Positions 1-9,232 of a stretch of DNA of 64,000 nt are shown here, piece after piece. Where the stretch lies: contig OY762825.2 in NCBI GenBank assembly GCA_963666425.2, forward strand, positions 608,001-672,000, written 5' to 3'. Origin of the DNA: Bacillota bacterium. GTDB lineage: Bacteria > Bacillota > JAAYKD01. The position numbers and the translations under genes are program-made. The notes beneath the pieces are model-generated. The model did no database searches. It was not told the origin of the DNA and worked only from the letters and a program-made list of their open reading frames with translations. Position 1 is the stretch's first letter, and the number at the start of each line of letters is the position of its first letter.

Positions 1-605
1 CAATCGAATTTATCCGATGGAGCCCCCTCAAAATAAAAACCTGCCGCATCATAGATATTCTTCATGGTTGACCCGAATTCCCATTTGTGCATTTCGTTGG
101 CATAGGCTCCCAACACAGCCCAATTGTAATCCAATTCGTCGGGTAAGCGGTCTGTATCAGGGCTTAATTGCATAATTCTGAAATAGCTTGGCTCAACATA
201 CAGCGTCTGAACATAGTGGCGAAAATAGGGCAATCGACCTTCAATCGAGTCTGTGGGGCGATTCGCCTCATAATGCGTAAAAGTGACGCGATTCTTCGCT
301 ACCAGAGAAACCTCTTCCACATGTTCAATCGCTTTGATTTGTTTACTGTCCGCTTTGGTAAAGTACTCTGATGTGAGAAGTGTCGTATCATAATCCCATC
401 CGATAGCATAGATCAAAGTCTGATCTTTTTCTTTTTCTTCATCGAGCTGAAATTCAATTCCGCTGCTCAAGCTGGCTGCAGCCATGACGCAGATCTCGAA
501 TAAGAGTATACTTGTAAACAGAATCGCAGAAATCGTCCTTGTTATCGGTTCCATGGAGCGATAGTGTTGGAATAAACGCCTGATAGTTTGCTTTGCTTTT
601 CTCAT
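1..605 (-). CDS. ABC transporter permease, MacB/FtsX-like N-terminal part (partial, runs off left edge)
   Basis: Not in the ORF track. ATG at 605 with GAGGTG RBS; frame open to the window edge. MRKAKQ..., then a hydrophobic helix (TISAILFTSILLFEICVMAAASL), then 'KQIKAIEHVEEVS' and 'YVEPSYFRIMQL', which resemble the MacB periplasmic core. Confidence 0.55.
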   Translation of the reverse strand, partial: MRKAKQTIRRLFQHYRSMEPITRTISAILFTSILLFEICVMAAASLSSGIEFQLDEEKEKDQTLIYAIGWDYDTTLLTSEYFTKADSKQIKAIEHVEEVSLVAKNRVTFTHYEANRPTDSIEGRLPYFRHYVQTLYVEPSYFRIMQLSPDTDRLPDELDYNWAVLGAYANEMHKWEFGSTMKNIYDAAGFYFEGAPSDKFD

Positions 606-874
606 GTTACACCTCAATATGAACACCTATAATTAGTAAGGATCATTACTTACTTACCAAAAAATTGTTCAACAATCATAAGTGGATCTTGATAATCGCC
701 GGTTTTTAGAAAACGTGCTATTTACCAAACTTGGTGATCGATCCACCAAGATTAACTGTTTATCTCACCCAATCTACTGCTTTTATTACCACATCGCTTT
801 TTTGGTATATTTCACTTATATCTTTCACCGACAATAGCGGTTTGCTACTTTCTATAATTTACACTCACTTTTGC

Positions 875-1702
875 TTAACGAGTGACATCGACTATCGCTT
901 TTTCTAAAATGTTTTGCATCAGCAAACTATCTTCTTTGTTTCCTAAGGTCATACGGCAAATCCATTCGTTGATCATGATTCCTTTTCCATCGAACAAGAA
1001 GAAACTATACAACCCCACAGCTCGATCATCTGCTTCTACCAACATGGGGTGAATACTAGGAACCAGATTGAATCTCCGTACCATTTCGTAGTTCTGGTCT
1101 TCGTAAATCAGTAAATCCAGATACTTCTGCCGCAAATTCTCTGTTTCTTTCATAACCTTATCTATCTGTATCTCATAGGCATTACGATAATACCACTCGG
1201 GTTTTGTGTCTGCATTCTCACGAACCGCCAGTTCTTGTAGTATGATTGGGTACCTTGTCCGCACATCGGTAGCTGGTAAAACAATTACCACTTGTATCTG
1301 TTCTTTCAAAACATCGAGTAAAGTGGTTAATTGCGTAGGGAAGTTTCCAATTGTCCAATGAATCAGCAAGGTAGGTTTGGTTATTTTCAGCGCTTCTTTT
1401 TTTTGTGTTTGCGACCAAACTAAGCAAAGATCACCTAAAGGTTTGCCAATTTGCACCGGTGTCGGTGTTTCTTCTGCCGTTACAAAATAAGAATAAACAT
1501 CTTCATACTGATTCACTGCATAATAGAGATATTGCCTTTGAATTACCCCAGCTTCCAAGAACCAAATCACGGGATGAAAGTATTTTACAATGTCCAGATA
1601 ATCTTGCTCAAACCCTAATTTCAGTAAATCACTCTGCTGCATTTGAATCAGTGCGGTATTGGCTGGCAGATCCATCACCTCATAAAAAGGCAAGTTGCGC
1701 AT
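875..1702 (-). CDS. Hypothetical protein with degenerate thioredoxin/redoxin-like C-terminus; probably the 3' part of a frameshifted lipoprotein gene
   Basis: 275 aa ORF with no good RBS. Its frame stays open upstream and overlaps the 1720-2040 ORF. 'LLIYEDQNYEMVRRFNL...SFFLFDGKG' is a redoxin-like pattern with no CxxC. Confidence 0.6.
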   Translation of the reverse strand: MRNLPFYEVMDLPANTALIQMQQSDLLKLGFEQDYLDIVKYFHPVIWFLEAGVIQRQYLYYAVNQYEDVYSYFVTAEETPTPVQIGKPLGDLCLVWSQTQKKEALKITKPTLLIHWTIGNFPTQLTTLLDVLKEQIQVVIVLPATDVRTRYPIILQELAVRENADTKPEWYYRNAYEIQIDKVMKETENLRQKYLDLLIYEDQNYEMVRRFNLVPSIHPMLVEADDRAVGLYSFFLFDGKGIMINEWICRMTLGNKEDSLLMQNILEKAIVDVTR

Positions 1703-1719
1703 CGGCGCTAATCCGCCAA

Positions 1720-2040
1720 TCAGGAGCGTGACAGGAGCACCCCGGCAAACTGCAATAAGTCTTGCATGACCAATTCTTCGTATAATGCATCGCTTCCCGT
1801 GGTCAGGATGACAAAACCGTCCCGAATACCTGAGATAGGAAACGCGTCACCTGTTTGCGTCTGTATGTACTCCCGCTGTTTTGAAACCTCTTCATCTGAA
1901 AAAGGTTTTAACACACTCCAAAGTTTGGGAGCGTCTTGAGAAATAACAGGTTCTTCTTTTTGTGACCGACACCCGCTGAGTAAAACCATGAGCAACACCA
2001 AAAAAAGGCTGCTAATTTTCACCGAGAGCGAGCGATTCAT
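1720..2040 (-). CDS. Lipoprotein (probably the 5' part of a frameshifted gene)
   Basis: Signal peptide with lipobox LLSG|C; AAGGAAGG RBS upstream. Confidence 0.65.
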   Translation of the reverse strand: MNRSLSVKISSLFLVLLMVLLSGCRSQKEEPVISQDAPKLWSVLKPFSDEEVSKQREYIQTQTGDAFPISGIRDGFVILTTGSDALYEELVMQDLLQFAGVLLSRS

Positions 2041-2059
2041 AGGTTCTGATCTTCCTTCC

Positions 2060-2197
2060 TTACAGCAAGTCTCCGGGTTCTTTCCGAGAGCATTCTCTTG
2101 CCAAGCAATTATCTAATTTGTCCATTTTGCTTGCCAGGGCTATTGTGATTTTGTCCGCTTGAAGCACACAACAAAACATAATCATTAATTCCAGCAT
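2060..2197 (-). CDS. Possible 45 aa small protein (MLELMIMFCCVLQADK...)
   Basis: ATG at 2197 preceded by AAAGGGGAAATAAGGA; its TAA overlaps the RBS of the next lipoprotein gene. No recognisable family. Confidence 0.25.
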   Translation of the reverse strand: MLELMIMFCCVLQADKITIALASKMDKLDNCLARECSRKEPGDLL

Positions 2198-2632
2198 TAT
2201 CCTTATTTCCCCTTTTTAATTTCTTAATTAAAACATACTCTATCCGATTTTGTTACTTGAACAATTTGCTTTTTATATTATATTCCGACATTACAATTTC
2301 TAATCATTATGTAGAAAGTATATTTACTTGATTCTCTGTATTTTTGCTGGTCAATTATGCACAGCGTTAAAAAGAAAACTCTATTTCAAACTGTTTTATT
2401 TTATTTTCACATTATTATCAACAAGACGAAAGCATTTTGAATCTTTCAATAAAACCAGCAAATCGCTGCATGATTCCTTCTATCTGTCGCATCCTATTCT
2501 CTTTATTGATCTCCTTCTTAGAAGAACGTCAATCAATTTCCGTGACGCAAGTCTTTTTGCTTACAGGAATCAATCGGTGTTGCTGTTATTTCCCGATGCA
2601 GCACCCGGAACCGCAGCAAAATGGCTACAGAT

Positions 2633-2682
2633 AAAAACAGGGCTGAATGTCTGCTTTTGCAGTCACTCAGTCCTGTTTATTT
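2633..2682. terminator. Intrinsic terminator hairpin downstream of abgA
   Basis: AAAACAGGGCTGA...TCAGTCCTGTTT inverted repeat flanked by A/T runs. Confidence 0.7.
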
Positions 2683-2716
2683 GGTTAATTACAGATCACT
2701 CCATTGTTTTTACTCC

Positions 2717-4048
2717 CTATTTTAGGGCTGCGATATCCAGAGCCAACGCAGTAAAAATGGCGGATCCCAAGGGTAAGCAACGCTCGTCGATATCAAAATC
2801 GATGGTGTGCGCACCACCGGCAGCGGATGCATTGGCATCTTCGCCTTTGTTCAAACTGGCGCCGATCCCCATATAGGTAACTTGACCGCCGTTTTGTTTG
2901 ACGCGCTCCATCATATAGGTGAAATCCTCACTGCCGCCCAGTTTGCCTTCGGATGGAGAAACTTGGTCGAAGCAGCCTAGTTCCGTTGCGACTCTAATCA
3001 CTCTCTGCATCAATTCCGGGCTGCTGCTGCCGCTTTTGGCGGAGCCCATTTGTTTTAACTCCAATTCGCAATCATACATCATCGCCGAACCCTGCAGTAC
3101 CTGCATGGCACGACCGTACATATATTGATCGAGTTCGCTCGTATCGCCTCTGGTTTCAATCGCCATTACCGCATGATCCGGTATCACATTTCTGCCGGTG
3201 CCAGCTTGCAGGCGACCGACATTGATCCGCGTGGCTCCCGCTTTGTGCCGGGAAATGGCGTATAGGTTAAGCGCCGCATTGGCAGCAGCTAAAAGCGCGT
3301 TTTTGCCGCCGTCCGGATTGCCGCCTGCATGTGCAGCCTTACCGGTGAAAATGGCATCAAATTTACTGGTAGCCAGCATGCCAGCCTGCCCCGGCAGCAA
3401 ACTGCCAACCGGTGAACTGCTGCCGAGATGCGCTCCCAGCATATATTCTACATCATCCAGAATACCGGTTGCCGTGAGTGGTCTAGCCCCACGGCCCCCC
3501 TCTTCTGCGGGTTGAAAAACCAATTTGATCGTACCTTTAAACTGATTACGGTATTGCATAAGCAGTTGAGCAACGCCTAAGCCGATGCTGGCATGACCGT
3601 CATGACCACAGGAATGCATCATCTTGGCATTAACGGAAGCAAATCCATCTCTGCCGGGACGCCGTTCCTTTGTCTGCGGTTCATTCATTTCCACGGCATC
3701 AATATCAAAACGCATACCGATGATGGGGCCTTCCCCATTCTTCAAGATTCCAACCACACCGGTAAATCCACCACGCATCTTCTCAGCGTATTCCAGCACA
3801 GCTCCCTGGGAGAGAGCGCGCTGGTATTGCTGTTCCAATTCCTCTTCGGTAAGCAAGCCCATGCGTTCTTCGGCGCAGATCACTTCTCTGCCCAGTTTCA
3901 CTTCATAGCCAAGCTGAGCCAGTTCACGCGCAATTAGGGAAGCTGTGCGGAATTCTGTCCAGGCCGATTCGGCATAGTGGTGGAAATCACGCCGCAAAGC
4001 CGTTTGATGCTCCTGCAGTGCGAATGCTGCTGCTACTAAATTCTGCAT
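2717..4048 (-). CDS. abgA: M20D amidohydrolase, p-aminobenzoyl-glutamate hydrolase subunit A-like
   Basis: LRRDFHHYAESAWTEFRT, RFDIDA, MHSCGHDGH, FQPAEEG, GSEDF motifs. True start is ATG 4048 with AAGGAG RBS. Adjacent to abgB. Confidence 0.85.
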   Translation of the reverse strand: MQNLVAAAFALQEHQTALRRDFHHYAESAWTEFRTASLIARELAQLGYEVKLGREVICAEERMGLLTEEELEQQYQRALSQGAVLEYAEKMRGGFTGVVGILKNGEGPIIGMRFDIDAVEMNEPQTKERRPGRDGFASVNAKMMHSCGHDGHASIGLGVAQLLMQYRNQFKGTIKLVFQPAEEGGRGARPLTATGILDDVEYMLGAHLGSSSPVGSLLPGQAGMLATSKFDAIFTGKAAHAGGNPDGGKNALLAAANAALNLYAISRHKAGATRINVGRLQAGTGRNVIPDHAVMAIETRGDTSELDQYMYGRAMQVLQGSAMMYDCELELKQMGSAKSGSSSPELMQRVIRVATELGCFDQVSPSEGKLGGSEDFTYMMERVKQNGGQVTYMGIGASLNKGEDANASAAGGAHTIDFDIDERCLPLGSAIFTALALDIAALK

Positions 4049-4059
4049 TGTTACGCTCC

Positions 4060-5502
4060 TTATTTGACGGGAGATGGCTGAATACCGGCGGGAATGGGGC
4101 AAACGTAAGCGCCGTCGCTCAGGCGTTCCGACAATTCCTGCTTTGCTGCGGTCAATTGTTCCGGCTGCAGAATTAAATCCAAACCGACGCCAGCCATGGC
4201 TTTCGCCGCTTCCAGCATGCCGGTGTGCGCCCAGTGGTTCTTGCCCTGCGCTACCAGCTGCCAGGAATGGCCGGGGGTATTCAAAGCGGTGCAGCTCGTA
4301 TTGCATTGCACAGTGGGGGTGATCCAGGAGACATCAGAGACGTCGGTAGAACCGGACATGGCTTTCTCCGATGTCTTATGCGGAACAATCGCATCGGTAA
4401 TCGGCTGTTTCAGCAGTTCCGCAGCCAATTTGCGTCCTTCTTTTTCGCCGAAGATCGCAATCAAGCCGTTATAGGAACTCTTCTTTTCTTCTTCCGAAAG
4501 AGTCGTTTGAATTTCAGCCGCAAAATCAAGTTCAGCCGCGCTTGGCTGACGTCTCGGAATCAAATTCAGATTCGAAAACATCAGATTTTCCATAACTTCA
4601 TTGGGGATCAAATTGGAACAAGCTTTGTCAATTTGAATGATTAGTTTGGTGGAGGTCATCAGAGCGGCACCGCGCGCGATATCGCAGACGCGTTCGTAAA
4701 TATCCTTGACCAGATTGTTTTTGGGAGCGCGGATCAAATAGAGAACTTCGGCTTCCGGCTGAACCACGTTCGGGCTTTTGCCGCCGGTATTGACAACAGC
4801 ATAATGCATGCGCGCTTCGCTGATCACATGTTCACGCAGGTAATTAACGCCGACATTCATCAGTTCTACGGCATCCAAAGCACTGCGGCCCAAATGCGGT
4901 GAACCACCGGCATGGGAAGCGCGGCCGATAAATTTAAAATAAACCTGGATATTTGCCAGGGAAGAACCGGTAGAAACCATGGTTTCACTGCCTGGATGCC
5001 AGGTGATGGCGGCATCTACTCCGCTGAAAACACCTTCTCTGGCCATGAAAGCTTTGCCGGAACCGCTCTCTTCGCCGGGTGTACCGAAGTATTTGATGGT
5101 GGCAGACAGATTGTTTTCTTTGATGTAATCGCGCAGCGCCACAGCAGCTGCCAAAGCGCCGGCACCCAGCAAGTTGTGTCCGCAGCCATGACCGTTAGCA
5201 CCGGCAGTCAATGCTTCCCGCACGGCAACATCCTGTTTCTGACTCAAGCCGGACAGCGCATCGAATTCGCCAAGAAAACCCAGCACCGGTTTGCCGCTGC
5301 CCCAAGTACCGACAAAGGCGTAAGGGATCTGACCGACATTTTCTTCCACCGTAAAGCCTTCTTTGCGCAGTAAATCGCAGAGTACAGCGGAGGATTTTTT
5401 TTCTTCAAAACGCGTTTCAGCATAACCCCAAATGGTATCCGCAGCCTGGATATACTGCTCCTGTTTTTCATCCACCAAGGAAAAAAGATGTTCTTTCGAC
5501 AT
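4060..5502 (-). CDS. abgB: M20D amidohydrolase, p-aminobenzoyl-glutamate hydrolase subunit B-like
   Basis: LGEFDAL, GHGCGHNLLG, PGEESGSGK, SALDAVELMNVGVNYLREH, GSTDVSDVSW, HSWQ; GGAGGGG RBS. Confidence 0.88.
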   Translation of the reverse strand: MSKEHLFSLVDEKQEQYIQAADTIWGYAETRFEEKKSSAVLCDLLRKEGFTVEENVGQIPYAFVGTWGSGKPVLGFLGEFDALSGLSQKQDVAVREALTAGANGHGCGHNLLGAGALAAAVALRDYIKENNLSATIKYFGTPGEESGSGKAFMAREGVFSGVDAAITWHPGSETMVSTGSSLANIQVYFKFIGRASHAGGSPHLGRSALDAVELMNVGVNYLREHVISEARMHYAVVNTGGKSPNVVQPEAEVLYLIRAPKNNLVKDIYERVCDIARGAALMTSTKLIIQIDKACSNLIPNEVMENLMFSNLNLIPRRQPSAAELDFAAEIQTTLSEEEKKSSYNGLIAIFGEKEGRKLAAELLKQPITDAIVPHKTSEKAMSGSTDVSDVSWITPTVQCNTSCTALNTPGHSWQLVAQGKNHWAHTGMLEAAKAMAGVGLDLILQPEQLTAAKQELSERLSDGAYVCPIPAGIQPSPVK

Positions 5503-5609
5503 AATACCCCTCCATCATCATGAGATTTATTATCCATTGAGCCAAAAAGCACGGCCGTAAGGGGATTGCTCCCGGCTCAAAAATAACCATCAGCAAGAAC
5601 CCGATTGCT

Positions 5610-6179
5610 TTAGCTTTTGGGTTTGATCAGCGGAATTTGCTTTTGGCAAAGCGGGCATTCTTCTGCTGCATAGCTCGCAATATCCATGGTCATCAGTGAA
5701 ACAAAGGGAACTCCGTCAAAGGAGACCTGACCGCCGGTCCGATCAAACAGGGCGGCAACGCCGACCAATTCCGCCGGGCTGTTCTGCACCAGATCGATCA
5801 CTTTGCGAATGGAACCACCGGTGCTGACCGCATCTTCAATGATCACAACGCGGTCCTGCTTGGTTAAGGTAAAGCCGCGCTTCATCGCCATCTTATCACC
5901 GTCTTTTTCGGCAAACATGGCGCAGCAGCCTAAGATTCGCGCCAATTCATAGGCCAGGATGACACCGCCCATGGCAGGTCCGATGATGATGTCGGGATCC
6001 AGGGCTGCCACTTTGGGTGCCAGCAGCCGCAACAGCTGTTCGGTTGCGTCCGGATGCATGGTTAATTGGCTGCATAATAAAAACTGGTCACTGTGCCGCC
6101 CGGAAGTCAGTAAAAAATGGCCGTCGCGCAAGACATCCAATCGCTTCAACAGGCTGACGATTTCTTCTTGTTTCATCAT
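5610..6179 (-). CDS. pyrE: Orotate phosphoribosyltransferase
   Basis: GHFLLTSGRHS and PRPP-binding VIIEDAVSTGGS; overlaps the pyrF stop. Confidence 0.93.
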   Translation of the reverse strand: MMKQEEIVSLLKRLDVLRDGHFLLTSGRHSDQFLLCSQLTMHPDATEQLLRLLAPKVAALDPDIIIGPAMGGVILAYELARILGCCAMFAEKDGDKMAMKRGFTLTKQDRVVIIEDAVSTGGSIRKVIDLVQNSPAELVGVAALFDRTGGQVSFDGVPFVSLMTMDIASYAAEECPLCQKQIPLIKPKS

Positions 6180-6901
6180 AACCCCTCCTTCATATTTTGC
6201 AATACTACCTGCACGGCTGCCGCGGGATCCGCTGCCGCTGTAATTGCCCGTCCAACCACAATATAGTCACTGCCGCCCGCCATTGCCTCGGCCGGCGTGG
6301 TCACTCGCTTTTGGTCATCCTGTACGGTGATCATGCGAATACCGGGGGTGACTGTATACAAGGTGCCGCCGGAGAAACGCTTGACCAGCGCCGCTTCGCG
6401 GGGGGAACAAATAACGCCATCGGCGCCGTTTGCCTGTGCCAGCAAGGCGCGGCGCACGACCAATTCATCAAGTCCTAAGCTGTTGCCATCCTGCAGTAAA
6501 TCTTCCTCGTTCAGACTGGTCAAGACGGTAACACCCAAAATCAACGGTCTGGCAATACCCAGCACCGCGGCACGGCGTTCGGCGGCTTCTCTGGCAGCCT
6601 GAATCATAGCGGCTCCGCCGCTGACGTGCAGCGTCAACATATCCACGCCATAATTGACCAATTGCTCCACCGCTTTGCCGACCGTATTGGGAATGTCATG
6701 CAGCTTCAAGTCCAAAAATACTTTCGCATCGTTTTGTTTGGCGAGGGCGATGGCTTTGGGACCGGCCGCCAGATAAAATTCAAAACCAACTTTAAAATAA
6801 CCCACCTGACTGCTGACGGAATTGACCAACTGCTCAGCGCTTGCTAAATTGGGGTAGTCGAGTGCGACGATCAAACGATCGCGCAAATTCAATTGTTCCA
6901 T
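6176..6901 (-). CDS. pyrF: Orotidine-5'-phosphate decarboxylase
   Basis: IVALD, FKVG, FLDLKLHDIPNTV, VTVLTS, TPGIR, DDQKR, VVGR. Start moved to ATG 6901 (GAGGAG RBS). Confidence 0.95.
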   Translation of the reverse strand: MEQLNLRDRLIVALDYPNLASAEQLVNSVSSQVGYFKVGFEFYLAAGPKAIALAKQNDAKVFLDLKLHDIPNTVGKAVEQLVNYGVDMLTLHVSGGAAMIQAAREAAERRAAVLGIARPLILGVTVLTSLNEEDLLQDGNSLGLDELVVRRALLAQANGADGVICSPREAALVKRFSGGTLYTVTPGIRMITVQDDQKRVTTPAEAMAGGSDYIVVGRAITAAADPAAAVQVVLQNMKEGL

Positions 6902-6921
6902 TTCATTTGCTCCTCTCCGCA

Positions 6922-8943
6922 TTAGCGCGGGATGTATTTTTGAAACCAGCTTTTCATATGGTTTAAACGTTCCAGACGTAAAGACGGACTGCCGCTGCGG
7001 GAAAGTTCATGACTGGCTCCGCTGAAGCGGACCATGCGTACTTCACGGCCTAACATTTTTAAAGAGGTGAATAATTGTTCACCCTGTTCAATTGGACAGC
7101 GGTAATCCTGCTCGCTGTGTAAAATCAACAAGGGTGTATGGATGTTCTGAACATAGTTGATCGGACTGTGCTTGATGCATTTTTTCATATTGGTGATGGG
7201 ATTCGCCAACAACTCATCCTCTGTAAATGTATAGCCGATATCGGAAACGCCAAAAAAGCTGACCCAATTGGAGATACTGCGCTGGCTGACCGCCGCCAGA
7301 AAACGGTCGGTATGGCTGATGATCCAATTGGTCATGAAGCCACCGTAGGAACCGCCGGTAACGCCTAGGCGGGCCGCGTCCAGAAAGTCATATTTCTGTA
7401 ATGCTTCGTCAAGCATTGTCATCAGATCCAGATAATCCTGACCGCCATAATCCCCCAAACAGCCGCAGGCAAATTTCTGACCATATCCGTGGCTGCCCCT
7501 GGGATTGGTATAAAGCACCGCATAACCCAAAGCAGCCAGCAGCTGAAACTCATGGAAGAAGCTGTAGCCGTACATCGCATGCGGGCCGCCGTGAATCTGT
7601 AAAATAACAGGATATTTTCTGCTTTTGTCAAACTGCAGCGGTTTGATCAGCCAAGCTTGCAGTGCATGTCCGTCTTTGGTTTGCAGCCAAAACTCTTCCG
7701 GTTCGCTGAGTTCTACCTGATGCAGCCAATTCTGATTGCTCTCGGTCAGGCAGGTTTCTTTTAAAGAGCGTAAGTCAAACAATGAAATCTGGTTGATGTC
7801 CAGCGCCGTGCCGGAGAGCAAAGCCGCCGTATTGCGGTCGGCAGCGAAACTGTAACCAAAAATTTGTCGTTTCCCGCTGACAAGACAATCGACCGTGCGG
7901 CTGCGCAGTTTCAATTCGTATAAATTGACGGCGCCTGCCTGAGCGGAAAGAAAATAGAGGGCGGTTCCCCGTTTGTTCCATTCAATCCCGGAGCGGCTCA
8001 CCCCAAAACGCATGTCACTGCAGCCCTGGTAACCAAGCTGCTGATCAAATTTACGGGTCAGGCAGAGCGGTTTTTCCGCACCGTTTGCCGCCGCCAGCCA
8101 AAGCCGCAAATAGGTGGCGCCGCCATATTCGCGTTTATTGCCAAAATACGCGATTTGACTTCCGTCCGGCGACCAGGCAGGTTGGTCGGTGACGCCATCC
8201 GTTTCGGTCAATTTCAAGAGTCTGCCCTCGGGTAGTGTGACCACATACAAATCCTGAAACGAGATTTTGAAATCCGCCGAAAAGGAGCGGTTCGCAACAA
8301 ATGCCAACCGATCTCCGTTGGGAGACCAAGCTGGCTGCCGATGATCAAAAGGACCTTCGGTAATTTGTATCGGCTCGGCATCCAATTTCATCACAAAAAT
8401 TTGCACGTTTTTGCTTTCCAGATAACCGGTTCCATTGCTGCGGTAACGAATACTGTCGATCACCAGTCCGCGCTCTTGCTTCTGCTGCTCAGCAGCGTTT
8501 CTTTCCGCAGACGTCAGCACCTGAAAACGTTTCTTACCAAGATCCTCCGGTTCGAGCTCGGCACAGAAAGCTAAGCTGCCGCCATCCGGAGACCATTGCG
8601 GGTTAAAAGCGCCATGCCTCATGTGCGTCATTTGCTGTGCTTCTCCGCCGCCTAAATTGAGCAGCCAAATCTGATTGATGCCGGTTCGATTGGAGACAAA
8701 AACAATTTGCTTGGAATCGGGAGACCAGCGCGGCGACGCGTTATAGGATCCGACGGAAGTAATTTTGCGCAATGCGAAAGGTTCGTTCACAGGCAGCAGC
8801 CATAGCTGCGATTCATATCCCCCTTCCGGTGAAGTACAGCTTTGCACATAAGCAATCTGTTTTCCATCGGGCGATAAATGAACATCAGCCAGCCATTGCG
8901 CAGTAAGAAGATCCTCTGACTGCATACCGCGTTTTGTCTTCAT
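6922..8943 (-). CDS. S9C family peptidase (YuxL/acylaminoacyl-peptidase-like), paralog 1
   Basis: WSPDG beta-propeller repeats, HGGP, GGSYGG nucleophile, DYRC, HELSRSG; GGAGGT RBS. Confidence 0.92.
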   Translation of the reverse strand: MKTKRGMQSEDLLTAQWLADVHLSPDGKQIAYVQSCTSPEGGYESQLWLLPVNEPFALRKITSVGSYNASPRWSPDSKQIVFVSNRTGINQIWLLNLGGGEAQQMTHMRHGAFNPQWSPDGGSLAFCAELEPEDLGKKRFQVLTSAERNAAEQQKQERGLVIDSIRYRSNGTGYLESKNVQIFVMKLDAEPIQITEGPFDHRQPAWSPNGDRLAFVANRSFSADFKISFQDLYVVTLPEGRLLKLTETDGVTDQPAWSPDGSQIAYFGNKREYGGATYLRLWLAAANGAEKPLCLTRKFDQQLGYQGCSDMRFGVSRSGIEWNKRGTALYFLSAQAGAVNLYELKLRSRTVDCLVSGKRQIFGYSFAADRNTAALLSGTALDINQISLFDLRSLKETCLTESNQNWLHQVELSEPEEFWLQTKDGHALQAWLIKPLQFDKSRKYPVILQIHGGPHAMYGYSFFHEFQLLAALGYAVLYTNPRGSHGYGQKFACGCLGDYGGQDYLDLMTMLDEALQKYDFLDAARLGVTGGSYGGFMTNWIISHTDRFLAAVSQRSISNWVSFFGVSDIGYTFTEDELLANPITNMKKCIKHSPINYVQNIHTPLLILHSEQDYRCPIEQGEQLFTSLKMLGREVRMVRFSGASHELSRSGSPSLRLERLNHMKSWFQKYIPR

Positions 8944-8982
8944 GCAGGTACCTCCACCAAAATACGATGTGCTGCTTTTTCT

Positions 8983-9010
8983 ATTCCACTTAAAGAACTC
9001 TTCTTCCTGC
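8983..9010 (-). promoter_or_regulatory. sigmaH-type promoter for S9C-pyrF-pyrE(-abgB-abgA)
   Basis: GCAGGA-N18-GAAT on the minus strand, 40 nt before the ATG. Confidence 0.65.
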
Positions 9011-9131
9011 CATTGCAGGAAAACTGCCGCACAATTTCAAGAAAACATTTGTAAAGTGATCAGTTCTTGCCCCATCACCATGTTGTATCCCCCAATTAAA
9101 AAATAAAGCCAGAAAATCTTGCAAAATAGAC

Positions 9132-9160
9132 TTGAATTTCGTCTTGCTTTTCTCTATAAT
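9132..9160 (+). promoter_or_regulatory. sigmaA promoter for the FMN-binding protein gene
   Basis: TTGAAT-N17-TATAAT. Confidence 0.65.
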
Positions 9161-9232
9161 GAACAAAGCATAACCGCAAAGCAAATTTTCTTAGCTTTTG
9201 TTGACACACCAGAAAAGGAGCGCTGATTTTAT

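Noticed and set aside
2328-2876. 182-aa plus-strand ORF
   Set aside because: No RBS, crosses a terminator hairpin and overlaps abgA antisense; composition is not protein-like.
4049-4306. 85-aa N-terminal extension of abgA in the ORF track
   Set aside because: It overlaps abgB in another frame; the RBS and family N-terminus fit ATG 4048.
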